A DNA stretch of 63,997 nt, the filler included, from Jimgerdemannia flammicorona (lineage: Eukaryota), in the NCBI GenBank assembly GCA_003990765.1. It is 3 parts of 3 records of this genome, joined end to end, with 100 filler letters (N's around TTAATTAATTAA, not from the genome) between each part and the next. Parts side by side here need not be neighbours in the genome. Positions count along the whole stretch, not along the records: positions 1 to 21,445 come from RBNJ01001452.1; positions 21,546 to 42,987 come from RBNJ01001453.1; 1 more part is not named here. One strand, given 5' to 3'. Under the pieces are notes generated by a model. That model did not search any database and was not told where the DNA came from. It saw nothing but the letters and a program-made list of their open reading frames with translations. How positions within the stretch are numbered: position 1 is the stretch's first letter; every line of letters begins with the position of its first letter. Below, piece after piece: positions 12,939 through 25,249 of this stretch. The position numbers and the translations under genes are program-made.

Positions 12939-14497
12939 GGTGTGGTGTAGTTGAGATTAGAAATGCTTGAAAGCGTAGAAGCAAGCAACCCACCACCCTT
13001 ACACCACGCATCACGCAGTCACGCAGTCAGTGCGCCACTTGATCACGCACAATCAGCCACATTTCGTATCTGCGTCGAGTTAATCTACTTTCTGGACAGT
13101 TGTCTATACCACGCCATAGTCGGAATGATATATTAGACCGTTGTGCGGATCCATCAGCGAGAGAGCTAATATCCCTAAATATAATCACAAAAACACAAAC
13201 ACTCTTTATTTCTACCGACTTCCATATTATCTCTTCGAATCTCTTCAACGCCTCGGCAGCCTACATCTTTACCCATATCCTTCTCACTACATGACGTTCT
13301 CGTACCCTCCTCTTGTTGAATGTGTATTGGTAATTCATCGATCAATTCGGCAATCCACCCCATTCATATCCTTACCAGCTGCGCTTCTACCGCCTCCAAC
13401 TTGGGCTACGTTCCCGCGGCCGACGTCAAAATTACATTTTCCCCATCCCAAATATTTCTATCCCCACCAGCACTTGTCCTTTAAAAAAAAATCAATTTCA
13501 AATAGCGCTCGGATTTCATGCTCCAGCCGAAAGAGGTATCTTATTATGTGGAGTGCTGATACATCGAATTGCCAGTAGGGACATTGAATAATATATCTGA
13601 CTGTTATATATCGACTGTCTTTACTTTGATGTTGTGGCCAGTGCCCGGGCGTGTACTCGAGATTCGGAAAACTTGCGGATAGCCCTTTTGTAAAAAGGTC
13701 ATCATCCTATAAATGCGTCCATATTGTTAAAAAAAAAAAAAAAAAAAAAAAAATAGTTTGTATCTAGTTTGCACCAGGCTCCCAAACATAATATCTGAGT
13801 TATTTTCATAAATATTAGCAAAGGGGATGCCATTTTATATCTGGATTATTTTGAGTTATCAGTAATGTAATTCTCATACTATGTAATATAATATTTTATA
13901 ATATCAACAGAGAAACTTATATATTAATTATATTACAATCTGCAGATAAAAACTATATGAGTCTATCTCTTAAACAATATTATAACTTAATTTTATTATA
14001 AAAAATAGATTTATAAATATATATAAATTACTTTTTGTCTTATAATTTATTTAATAATATTTAATAAATATATATTATATTTTATAATATTAAAAACAGT
14101 AGGTTTATATATAATAAATATTACTCTCCTTCTATACTTTATAATTTTAAAGTCTTTATAAGTATATATTAGTTTCGAAAGAATCATATATACATCTCTA
14201 CGTGTGGCTTGGTAAGTCACGAAGGTTACATGAGCACGATCAAGATCAAGGCGCTGGTTAAGGCTGCCAAAGTAAGGACGCATTGGTTGTATATATATAC
14301 AACTCATTTGGAAAGAAGGTCCCCGACAGCCTGGTCTGTATATCTGTATAACCAATTCTGGTCGCGTCAAGCGGACCGTTGACATATGTGGACAATTAAT
14401 TTAAGTTCATTATAAACCATAATAATGTTGAAACACACCTTCCCAGCTGACTACGGTACTCGATTTATAGCCGGCCTTTATCAGAATGGGAAGGGTT

Positions 14498-14754
14498 CAA
14501 GGCTGGGAACGGATCTGTCAAACCTTAACTCTTAATCTTTCCCAGCCCTGGAGTTGCATCGATACTAGGGATCCCAGCAGCTAGCCAATCCATAAATTTA
14601 AGGCCGAGCCACCCTGTCTCGGCTTTAAATTTACAGCCAACTGGTCAAGTGGCATTTATGGACCTTTTATTTAATTCGGAAAATTTGGAAATCAAAACAG
14701 CCAAATAAGGCCTAGCCAGCCATTGGCCATATGGCCAGCCATCTGGGACACCGG
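14498..14754. mobile_element. Two adjacent small MITE-like relics with hAT-type ends
   Basis: 14498-14550: CAAGGCTGGGAA...TTCCCAGCCCTG. 14566-14754: TAGGGATCCCAG..CTAGCCA...TGGCCAG..CTGGGACACC, with internal hairpin TAAATTTAAGGCCGAG/CTCGGCTTTAAATTTA. No clear TSD. Confidence 0.45.
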
Positions 14755-15545
14755 TCACAACTTTGATGTTCCCTCAGACGGTCGTTCCTTTATATCTCGG
14801 GCGGCGGTTACATTCCTCAAATCAACAAAGTCGCTAACCCCATCAATTTTTCTATAAAAGAGAGCCTCGTCTCCAGTATTTACATATATACGTGATATCG
14901 TTGGCACCGCGCGGCGACTTTTATTCAGGCCGACGGACCCAACCATATTATGCACCATTCAATGGGATGACGTAAGAAGGCGGCTGAAGGTATTTGTCAT
15001 TGACGAGGAGGTTGAGTGCATGTAACGACACAAAGATTCTAAAAGAAATAAAAACAATGTGAAAGTCAATGGCTATCTCAAACGACAGGCTTTACAACTG
15101 TCGCTCACTGGCAATCGCAGGCGATCACTGTTGTGACCAAAGTTGATATGAGTTAATCCATCGTAACTCGAAAAGAAATCGCCGTCACTTGTCTTTCCTC
15201 AACGAAAACTGGAATATCTCCAATCGCACTACTTAGCAGAGACAACGATAGACCACCTCTAAAGAACATCATGAGCAATTTCCCACGCAAAGTTTCGGTG
15301 GCTTGAATTTGTCGCAGTTCTCGTTCTTCCCATACAAACGAATGTCACTTTTTGATTTTTTTTTTTATTCATCCAATTCATGGACGATATCAATCATCTA
15401 TATATGTCGTCTAATAGAACTAGAGTCAACCCCTTTTTACCAATTACATTTCTCCAAAGGCGCTCCCCCTACATTATACGCCACCTTCACGCCGATTGGG
15501 AACCCTGAGCAAATACGGCCAGCTGTTCCCCAGAATAGTATTGGC

Positions 15546-16800
15546 TCACATATTTGAGACGGTCGTTTGTTCCGAGAATATGAAGGAGTCGGACGTTTCC
15601 TCTCGTTTGTCGGCTTCAGCCTTCATTCTCTTGAGATACACTAGTCGCTTTCCAAACGGCGGGATCATGTACCTTATGCCGCCGACCAAGAAAAACGCCT
15701 GAATCAAAATGTAATTGTGGAGCTTGGACAGCCGACGATGAACCTCCTTGGCTGTCGGTCGTTTTTGCGGGTCAACATTCCAACAATCGTTGATGATCTG
15801 CTTGTATCGCTTCGGCGTCCCTGGCACGTGCTCTTCCCTCATTCCATCCACTTGAAGCTTCACCGCTGTATCACGGGGTGAAACCTGGCTGCCGAGTTGC
15901 CACAGAATGGTTCCCAAGCAGTAGACGTCTGACGCAGCAGTGTACGGGCTTTTGTCGTCGCCAAAGCACTCGGGAGGGATGTACGGCAGCCTGCCGTAAT
16001 GGCCATCTGAATCGTTGTGAGAATCGGCAATGACCTGTGAGAGCCCAAAGTCGATGATTCGAGCATTTCTACCGGCTTCATATTTATAGACGATGTTTTT
16101 TGGGTGCAGATCCTGGTGTATTATGTTGATGTCGTGAAGCGTTGCTAGACATGCGCTAATCTGCCTGGCATTTTCAATAACGTCGCCCCAAGAGTCGAAA
16201 AACATACTCCTCTTATTTTGATTATGTTCCAAACTCCCACATTCTGCATATTCAGTAACGAGAAAATAATTGCCTGTCTCTGCATGCCTCGACAATCCAA
16301 TTAGACGGATGAATCTAGCACCAGGAGACCGGTACATTAATACTGTATGTAAGACAACCTGTAACGACGAGCAAATATGGCAGTAAGCAACAAGATAGCC
16401 AACGTTTTACAAAGCGCGTTAACAACCTAAATTTGGATAAGACAGCCGACGAGTGCTGTATAATTACCTCCCGCAGCATTGTTAATTGAATCTCTTTGAG
16501 AGCGATAATTTTATGCCTATTCATCAAACCGCAGAGCAATTTGGGGACAGCAACATCAGCCCTGTAGACTCTTGCGTATCCGCCTTTAGCGACTTCCTTG
16601 ACAGCGGAGAGCAACTCGAACGGAACCCAGGCCAAATATGGCGCAAGCGTGGATAGGCCAATTTCTGACAGATTCTGCTTGAGCTTGTCATCGAAAGGAA
16701 ACTGCGATTTGATGGATTTGATGTACTTTCTCCAGGAGGGCGAGAGCTCGTTCACAGGCGGCAAGAGGGATAGTTCGTTGTCGAAATGGGTTTGGGGCAT
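15546..16800 (-). CDS. Tyrosine-kinase-like (TKL) Ser/Thr protein kinase, 2 exons (16800-16468, 16358-15546), ~381 aa
   Basis: Motifs VAKGGYARVY, IALK, HQDLHPKNI, DFG, YIPPE, SDVYCLG, CWNVDPQKRP. A 109-nt GTAATT...TACAG intron joins ORFs 16315-16800 and 15546-16337 in phase 0. Confidence 0.92.
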
Positions 16801-17111
16801 GGTGCGGACTGTTGGTGTGCGCTGAAAGATGTCGGACTTTTATTCCGTTTGGCTGCGACACATAAATTAAATTGAACAATTATCTCCGTCCTTTCTCCTT
16901 AACATTACGTATACATTACGTATGATGAATACTATAAGCTGCCAATTGAAGGGGTGGTGTGGGATGAAGTCTTGTGGTCCAGTCTTGTGGTCCCTCCATA
17001 AGGCCATAAGGTCAGGCACGCGCACTGAGAATTTATCGTGGCACAGCAATAGATAGGACTATATGATCTGAGAAATTCGTGGATTTATCCCCTCAACAAG
17101 CTTCTGCACAA

Positions 17112-17459
17112 ATGAGGGTTTCTGTGTCTCCCGCCACTGTGATACTCGCACTTCTTTTCACCGCCGTCCAGATCCAAGCGCTGTATATTAATGTCCCAAT
17201 CAACAGCGACACGACCGTCAGTTTAGCTAAAAGGTATTTGACTATCCCGCACTATTTTACACGATTCCCATCATTTAGTACTTAAACCATCCTTCAGTAC
17301 TTAAACAACCTGCACATTTACCCATTCTCCAGAGGTGTAAAACGCATGCCATTGGTTTTACTGGTGTGCTTGCCAATTTTGGGCCTCTTGCTAATAATAC
17401 TCTTTATACGGTGCTTATGGAACTGCGTGAAGAAGCTCAATAACGTGGACCAGTCGTGA
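17112..17459 (+). CDS. 82-aa signal-peptide + single-TM microprotein, 2 exons (17112-17233, 17333-17459)
   Basis: Removing GTATTT...CTCCAG (99 nt) gives MRVSVSPATVILALLFTAVQIQALYINVPINSDTTVSLAKRGVKRMPLVLLVCLPILGLLLIILFIRCLWNCVKKLNNVDQS*. Confidence 0.65.
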
Positions 17460-18169
17460 ACTTTATCGGGATAACCTTACACCGTTCATTATTGTTGAAG
17501 ACTGGGGTTTATTCTTTTTATTTTTTATTTTTAATTTTAGTTATTTAGTTATTTATTAATTTTTTTTTTTTTTGGGGGGGATATCTCTTCTATTGGCTAC
17601 CTCTTCAATGGAGTGTGCTAGCAGCGCTGCAATTTTCATTCCTAAACGATACGCTGCAGATGCTGTATAAATAGGCTTTCACTATAATTAAAACATCATT
17701 CGTTCAAGCGCCGGGGGATTTGCTTTTCAGTGGAATTGTTCGACAGAACGAGATTGCATAGCCTCACTAGTGGACCAAGAGGACGTAAAGTTGCCTTCCC
17801 ATGCTGAGTCGGCAGCGATGCTTATTTTCACTTAATGCTACTTTTTGTCAAAGTATTCGCGTGCGGAATAGCCGCGTTACGGTGTCCTCCGACCATGCTC
17901 TGAAGAAACGTGTATGTCCTATGACTTAATGCCGAGTTATAAATCAAACTGCCTGTCCCACTGTCACACTCAAATCGCTCCCAAATTCTCACTAACAAGA
18001 TTCCCATCCACTGAGATTTCCACTGCCGCCGAGGCTTTCCTGCTGCAATGACGAACCACTGGCAGAATGCACCCCATGGCTTTCTATAAATACAATTGAT
18101 GAAATTCATCAAGATCTGCGAGTGCCCTGCTCGATCGTGTTGATTGACATGTTTCACTCAGTTAACATT

Positions 18170-19200
18170 ATCATTGTGCTGCGCAGTTCTGTAGTCATTG
18201 TTCTGTAGTCCATCGTTGTGCTGTGGTCCACCATCGCTTTGCGCCCATCGTCGTTTAGCAGGTCATCCTTGTTTTGTGATTAATCGTCGTTCTAGGATTA
18301 ATTGTTATCCTGCGTCATTCTTCAGACCATTCTCATTCAGCGATCTGTAGTCCATCATCATTCTGCAATCCAATTTCAATCTGTAGTCCGTTTCGCTGTG
18401 GTTCACATTCGTTTTTGGTCCATTTTGTGATTAATCGTCGTTCAGAGTTTAATTGTCATTCTGAGTCATTTTCCAGTCCATCGCCGTTTGGCGGGCTGCG
18501 GTCTATCGTTATTCTGGAAGCTCTACAGTTTGTTGTCGTTCGGCCTGCGATCATTGGCGTTTGGCTGTCCATAGTTAATCGTCTTTCTACGTCTAATTAT
18601 TGGTCTGCATTTAAGCAATAATCTGCGTCGTTGATGTCATTCTGCAGTTTATCGCTGTTCAGCAGTTTGCAGTTTACCATAGTTTTGTGCTCCATCGTCA
18701 TTTTATGGTCCGTCGTACTGCGGCCCATAATTTTGTGGTTCACCGTTGCTTTGTGGCTTTTTCGTCTCTCATCAGCAGCAATTAACTATTGTTTTGCCGT
18801 CTATCATTCGGTATCACTTTTCAGTCTATCGTTGCTGTGCGTTCTACAGTTTATTGTTGTTTAATAGTCACTTGTCACTCATTGCTCAACAGTTTACCAT
18901 CTCCGCATCGTCAGTCCATTGTCATTCTTCGGTCCATCATCATTCTGCGGTCCATAATCATTCTGTGGTCCATCATCATTCTGCGGCACATTGCCCATCG
19001 TCGTACTGCTGTCGGTCATCGTACTGTGCCCATCATCATTTCATGGTTCAACGTCAATCACCATTTGTAACTCAATTGGCTGTTAACCATAATTCTGCAT
19101 TGTTTTGTACTCTGTGATCATTGCTTCGTGCGGCAATCTGCAGACCATCTTCGTTTTGTGGTCACCGTCCTGCAGTTGTTCTGCAGTCTGCTTTTTGCAG
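18170..19200 (+). repeat. Degenerate ~18-bp minisatellite (GTCCATCATCATTCTGCG)
   Basis: Best-preserved units at ~18913-18990; diverged units run across the whole interval. Confidence 0.75.
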
Positions 19201-19789
19201 ATTATTGTTTTGGAATTACAAACCTCTAGAAAATTCTAATAAGATTAAGAGAATTTTATAAGATATTGTATGGTTAGATTAGGTAATATTCTCAAGTAGT
19301 ACTATTATCTGCAACTGCAAAATTTGGTTTTGGAAAAATTATCGGAGTGCATTTTATATCTCAGGGTAACTACAGTCAATATGAGTCTGATATATTGACA
19401 AATATAGTACCAACTATGGCTTTTAATTTTCTTTTATCTCAAAAAAACAAAGTGTAAACATAGCTATAATTTCAAATATAATATTAGTCTTAATTTATAA
19501 GAGATGGTTAGGGGAAAATTAGTTACTTTATATATATTAAAAAAAAAAAAAACCCCCCCTATAAATTATATAATAATATAAATTTTCTCTTTTTAATTAG
19601 AAATTTCAAATTTTAGCTCTAAAATATACTAAAACTTATTATATCTAATATTATAAAGTTATATTACAGCTATATAGATATTTTATTATAATCTTAAGAT
19701 AATTTCATAAATCCCTTAGCAATTTTTTAAATAAACAATAGTTTAAAATATAATAAATTGACTCAGCTTTCCTTATGAGTTTCTGTAGC

Positions 19790-20143
19790 TAAATGGTGCA
19801 GTTAAACTAAATAAATATTACTTACAAGAAGTGTTTACAGTGGAATAATGTAGGTAAAGTGTGTGTAAAACATTCTGTGATCAGATAGCGCAAATGAAGT
19901 AAATATTACTTAAATACATGGAATGTTCGCAACAGAGTTCCAACTAACGAAATGTAGGTAAAATCTTGGTGTAAAATAAATATTGCTCAGGTGGCGAAAT
20001 GTAGGTAAATTCGTGAGGTAGAAATATGACGGTCGGGTCAAGGGTCGGGTCAAGGGTCGGGTCAAGGGTCGGAGGTTGGGTCGGGTCGGGTCAACTTTCT
20101 GACCCTGACCGGTAAGACCCGACCCGACCCATTCGGAGCACTA
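19790..20143. mobile_element. Terminus of a hAT-type DNA transposon (TIR and subterminal repeats)
   Basis: Ends ...GACCCGACCCATTCGGAGCACTA (reverse complement TAGTGCTCCGAA, same TIR core as at 22966, 57245 and 59177). Preceded by GGGTC/GGGTCAA repeats and AATGTAGGTAAA repeats. Confidence 0.7.
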
Positions 20144-20434
20144 TAGATTTTGGGTCGTTTCGCGTATAGCTTTGTTACTATAAGAGTCCATTTCTGCTTT
20201 GAGAGTTCATCCCTGCATAAGTACCTTTCCGCCAAGCAAGTACTTCAATTAGAACGGCTGCTCCGAAGGCCGCAGCAATACGCGTTATCCTTCTCACCTT
20301 GACACCCCCGCGCGCTCGTTACATACACCCGCGCGCTAAGATTCGGAAACCATGGCACAGAAATAATATACCGACACAATTCTCACACGAATTTTACCTG
20401 CTTGCTCTGTCTCGCCACAGAATCCGGCAAAACG

Positions 20435-20913
20435 ATGAGTGCGGCTAACCTCTACGACATCGAAACCCTGCTGACCTCTCAATCTGTAACCGGCACTCGT
20501 CAAATGCCACACTTGTGAACTTGATTATATGGCAGATTGGTTGTGATATAGCAGGTACTGTGTACATACAACCTCGAGCGCCACAATCTGTCCATTGCTG
20601 TCAACATCATTCCGGACCTCCAAGCACCCCGGCGTGGTTCATGAGGTAGAACCAGGGAAATTTCGCTTGACGTTCGGTGGTGGAACGAGTACTCATTTGT
20701 GACAATGGGATATGCCGCGCGGAGAAGGCCCCAGGGAGGCGGAGAGAACGGGTGGTGTGGGTTGCGCCAGGAGGGGAGAATGCATATGGATTTTGGAATA
20801 TAGCGGTGGTATTTCGGAATGCGAACGTCAGCTTGTCTCCTTGCAGCATCTATGAACGCCGACTCGTCTCGTTGGAATTCTTGGCAGGCGTGACCTCGCA
20901 ATTCCTCCCGTAG
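20435..20913 (+). pseudogene. Possible degraded GINS Psf3-like relic
   Basis: MSAANLYDIETLLTSQS [GTAACC...GCAG] VLCTYNL resembles the Psf3 N-terminus (YYDIDDIL....PCTFNL). Later fragments are ISLDVRWWNEYSF and YERRLVSLEFL. Stops and frameshifts present; similarity is weak. Confidence 0.25.
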
Positions 20914-21445
20914 CCCAACTCGGAAACAGAAACGCCGTGCAGTGTGCGTCCAGCTATGTCATCTTGAGCGGCCTGGATATCTATTGGCTACTCTTTCCTA
21001 TTGGGAGCGACTTTGGCTACGATTCCTTATTGGGAAGCCAGTGTTCGTGAACGCTACAAGAAGCAAGACAAAAGACGACGACCTCAACCAGATCAATGCA
21101 ACCTGACCAACAGTATTTGGTCTCATTCAGATCAAACGAACTTGAATACCGAAGAATCCCTAATAACCAAAACTAAGACGTGAAGGATGTGCAACATCAA
21201 CATTGCATCATCTCCACGTAAATTAGGTGGAAGCGTTGGTCGCTCAAGGGAATGTCCTTCAAGATTGTGGCCAAAGGATAAGAGAGATTTATTACAGATT
21301 CCACAAACTTCTATAGGTAGTCGAAGAGGATTCTCAATAATGCTGCTAAACTGCGGCGCGACAAAAAGAATTTTTTTTCAGTGTTTGAGCAGTATACGGG
21401 TGTTCTGATCCAAGCACTTTCTCACGACGGTTCTGCTTTTTTTTT

Positions 21446-21545
21446 NNNNNNNNNNNNNNNNNNNNNNNNNNNNNNNNNNNNNNNNNNNNTTAATTAATTA
21501 ANNNNNNNNNNNNNNNNNNNNNNNNNNNNNNNNNNNNNNNNNNNN
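21446..21545. other. Assembly gap with artificial TTAATTAATTAA six-frame stop linker
   Basis: 44 N + TTAATTAATTAA + 44 N. Confidence 0.98.
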
Positions 21546-22966
21546 GATGTTGTCTCCAGAATGAGGGCCAGCAAGTTTGACGAAGTCAAGGGTGAGAGAT
21601 TTAAGCTGCCAATCGAGGTCAATCCAATGACCGGTAATGCCCAGAAACGAAATTGCATTAGGGGATGTCCATGTGTCGATCGTAAATGAAATTTTGCCTG
21701 CTGAATTCTGCTTATTGAATGTGAGGTTAAATTGGTGAGCTCTTTTGTATAATTCAGCTTGCAAAGGTCATGGTGCTGCCCTTATTTTACCTGAAGTGTC
21801 TGGCGGAGATTGTCGTACTCCTTCCTATAGGCCTCCAGGACATCTTTGCGAATAGTATCGGTACTTGGCAAATATAAATCATGCTTGAGGAGGCCAAAGA
21901 TGCTATGCAATTGATCACTCTCGATGGTTGTGAATGACTGGTCTGTGCATACAATCCAGCGAACGAGCCAATTTCGAAATTCTGCTGAAGAGTATGGCTA
22001 AAATTTTTGATTAAATGGCGTTGTTGGTACAGAAATGGTCAGGCAATCGGATAAACGTACCCACCACAGCTTGGATGTCAATTTTATTTGTCTCTGTGTT
22101 CTTTTTGATTTTGTCAGAGTACTTGTCTTTTATGTGTCGATTCATGTTCGAAGTTGTACCCCCAAGCATTTTGAACTTCTGGCTGGTGCAGTTCATGGGG
22201 GTGGATGAAACAATATCATGTGTGTATCAAACAATATCATGTGTGTATCAAACAAAGTGTCAATAGGTGCGTCTTAATTTTTTACCTGCAATAATTACAA
22301 ACAACATCATCTCCTATCTTAGTACAATGTTGCCAGATTTCGGAGCGAGGATTGCGTGGAAGGTGTGGAACTATCAGGGATGTTTGACTTGAAGCATCAT
22401 CGGTACTGTGAACTGTTGAAGACTGATCTGTCGACATGTGTGTTTGCGTGTTTGCGTGTGCATGTGTATGCGTGTGTATGTATGCGTGTATGTGTGTTGT
22501 GTTGTGGACGCGTCCGGCATATAAGTTATGTGGAGGATTTGGATTGGAGGATTCGGTTGAAGGATTCAGATGAGGATTCGGATTGAAGGATTCGAATTGG
22601 AGGATTCAAATTGGAGGATTCGAATTGGAGGATTCGAATTGAGTGATTCGGATTGAGTGATTCGGATTGAGTGATTCGGATTGAGTGATTCGGATTGAGT
22701 GGTTCGGATTGAGTGGTTCGGATGGGTGATTCGGATGGGTGATTCGGATGGGGCGATTCGGATGGGGCAATTCGGATTGAGTGATTCGGATTGAGTGATT
22801 CGGATTGGGGTGGTTCGGATGGGTGATTCAGATGGGGCGATTCGGATGGGGCGATTCGGATTAAATCCGAGTTGATCCGGATGGCTTCGGATTTGAGATT
22901 CGAATCAAACCGTCATGTGACGAATCGAATCCGGATTTGATTCGAATTGACTCGTTCAGAGCACTA
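21546..22966 (-). mobile_element. hAT (Ac/ZBED-like) DNA transposon, 5' part with intron-containing transposase, truncated by the gap
   Basis: Fragments: BED-finger-like GTTSNMNRHI; WLVRWIVCTDQSFTTIES...LPSTDTIRKD; and ISFTIDTWTSPNAISFLGITGHWID..LDF..HSGDNI (first catalytic D). TIR ...CGTTCAGAGCACTA ends at 22966. Confidence 0.88.
22540..22865 (+). repeat. hAT subterminal tandem array (GATTCGGATTGAGT, 13-14 bp)
   Basis: About 20 tandem copies directly inside the TIR. Confidence 0.9.
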
Positions 22967-23211
22967 TTGACAAAGATGAAGCAGAAGACAATGATCCCTC
23001 TGACACCAACATGACCTTGAGCCAAGGATTCCTGCCAACCTTGATCACTCTACCAACCTTGCTGATGAACTTGCAATAGTTCATAACCACCTATGAAACT
23101 TATTGGAACAATGACCACTGGTACAAATACTAACTCATATTCACCCCTGATTACTTTAACTATAATGAAGAGACTAGAGAACACAACCTGTACCTTTAGA
23201 CAATCCTTAAG
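22967..23211 (+). repeat. Older host LTR of the chromovirus family, fragment 1 (continues at 34212-34869 and 41223-41603)
   Basis: Matches the LTR interior at ~23983-24216 and is interrupted at the TTAAG/TTGAG TSD. Confidence 0.85.
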
Positions 23212-23468
23212 TGTAAGTGCACAACCTCCAAGCCACCAAAATCACATGTCACCCTCTGAACAAGTCACTGAAATCACATGCGACCTCCAAACAAATCTGG
23301 AAATCACCTGCTTGATCATGAAGCTGAGTCAACATGAAGTCATGGAATACAAGATTTATACAAACAGAATCTTACCAATCAGAACCAAATGCATATATAC
23401 CAAGCACTGAGACACATCGAAACAGAGAACCAAAACAAACAACAACTACAACTTCCAAACATACAAAC

Positions 23469-24090
23469 ATGACCACTGAGATCTATAACTGTATCTGTAC
23501 TGACATTTGGAATACCATTGTCAACCGAGCCACACCTCCTCTGCCCCTCATGAATATCCATAGCCTAGTACCCCTCTACTTCATGGAAGCCCGATGGAAT
23601 ACTCTGAACATGCTGAACAAGGCCTACCAGATTAGACAAATCTCAAGTTACTACCAGATTGGCCACCTCCTAGAAGATATGGTCAAACACCACCATGATA
23701 CAGATATTACCCAGATGTCTCAATACCAGAAACTCATTGCCTACAAATACCAAGAACTCTTCTATGAATATAATACTATTATTCTCTGCCTCCAAGTTAC
23801 TATAGCCAAAATGATTACTATCCTGTCCTATGGCCAAATTGATGACATGATATAAGAACTCAACCACAAGTATCTTGAGTATATCGAAACTACAGACAGA
23901 ATCTTTCCCCACCCCAATGATCATATCCTGCAAATGCCCCAAGTCGGATATGCCATGAAGGACATCTATGATATAATCCACTTTGACAAAGATGAAGCAG
24001 AAGACAATGATCCCTCTGATGCCAACATGACCTCAAGCCAAGGATCTCTACCAACTCTGATCACACTGCCAACCTTGTCAATGAACTTAT
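23469..24090 (+). pseudogene. LTR(U3)-encoded accessory ORF, 5' LTR copy (3' end approximate)
   Basis: MTTEIYNCICTDIWNTIVNRATPPLPLMNIHSL...YYQIGHLL... The stop at 23853 (TAA) is CAA in the 3' LTR. Confidence 0.65.
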
Positions 24091-24506
24091 AATAGTTCAT
24101 AACCACCTATGAGACCTATTGGGACAATGATCACTGGCACGAATACCAACCTGCATTCACTCCTGATTACTGAAGAAACTGAAGAATACAATCTATATGT
24201 CCAGACAACTCTTGAGATTGAACCAACCACTCCACCACCTGAGTATGAGTGATACGAACCACAGCTGCCAGCTTACTACAACCCCACAACTTATAGTGCT
24301 GTAACCTGTAGAAGATATATAGATAGTGAAACCAATGAAAGCAAAGATGATGCACTACTCCTTCACCCACCAACATCTTATCCAGCATATGAGACAGATG
24401 ATGCCATCCTGTGGGACAGTGATGAAGTTCCAATGTATTACTACCATAGCCAACAAGGAGAAGTAATCCGCAAACCACTCTTCCTAGATAATTACTTCAT
24501 CAGAGA

Positions 24507-24751
24507 TGATGTCATCAATGATGATGTCATTGAAGACTACCCAGACAGTGCCTAAACCATAAATAGCTTAGCAGTTATAGTATAGTTAGATTAGTCTTAA
24601 TCAACATGACTGTGAACTGACTCAGCAGTCAATCAATCTCTTGATATGTCAGATTACACTTATACTATATGACTGCATTCTGACTCAGCAAAGTACTTAA
24701 TACTATATCCATATCTAGTATAGTCCAGATAGCCCCTCACTAGTATAAATA
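24507..24751 (+). promoter_or_regulatory. Putative LTR promoter: CRE-like TGATGTCA x2, AP-1/Gcn4-type TGACTCAGCA x2, TATAAATA
   Basis: TGATGTCA at 24507 and 24522, TGACTCAGCA at 24618 and 24681, TATAAATA at 24744. Largely conserved in the other LTR copies. Confidence 0.55.
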
Positions 24752-25237
24752 CCTCCTCCCTCTGACCTCAGAATCTCAGACTTGAACAATCTGAACACAA
24801 CTCCTGAGCACTTCCCCATGATATCCCTTCACACAACCAACTCCTAGTATAGCAAAATCATAAATAGCAAATAAAGCCTATTTAATAACCCACAAACCAC
24901 TCTTAAGTAAATCCACTCCCCATTAGGTCCCACTCCTAACCCCATCACGAAATTTCCTAATTGGGTATTGTCTGCAGCGATACGCCAATTCAACTAAGCT
25001 GGTCTTAGTTTCTTAAACTTCCTGAAATATGGAAAATCCTGAACATCCAGAACTAGTCTAAAAAAGGACTTTGGTTGAGACGTCAACCTGATCTTGAAAT
25101 CAATAAGCATAGAGGACATACTCCATACAAAATTGATCTTGACCATAAGAAAATGGTCTTTCAGAACATCCAGAACTTCCAGAAAACCCTTCCAGAACTA
25201 TGTAATGGTTACCCTAAAAAGCAACTCTCTTACAACT

Positions 25238-25249
25238 TGGAAGCAGTGG
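25238..25249 (+). other. Primer-binding site (tRNA-iMet-like)
   Basis: TGGAAGCAGTGG 3 nt after the LTR end. The sister element has TAGTAGTAGTGG, giving a consensus close to TGGTAGCAGTGG. Confidence 0.6.

Larger units (their letters stand above)
23212..25234 (+). repeat. 5' LTR (2023 bp)
   Basis: TGTAAGTGCAC...CTCTTACA; direct repeat of 32189-34211. Confidence 0.95.

Noticed and set aside
13630..13752. GC-rich stretch followed by a poly(A) run as a tRNA-derived SINE
   Set aside because: No B-box (GTTCRA), cloverleaf or TSD visible.
14047..14958. Fragments NTGDEALFYR and IQPM as a pogo/Tc1 transposase
   Set aside because: Only 4-6 residue resemblances, no consistent DDE spacing and no TIRs.
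18415..19117. Hydrophobic or His/Ser-rich ORFs
   Set aside because: Translations of the 18-bp minisatellite.
21490..21501. TTAATTAATTAA palindrome inside N runs (also 43032-43043)
   Set aside because: Artificial scaffolding linker. It also means adjacency across the gaps is not guaranteed.
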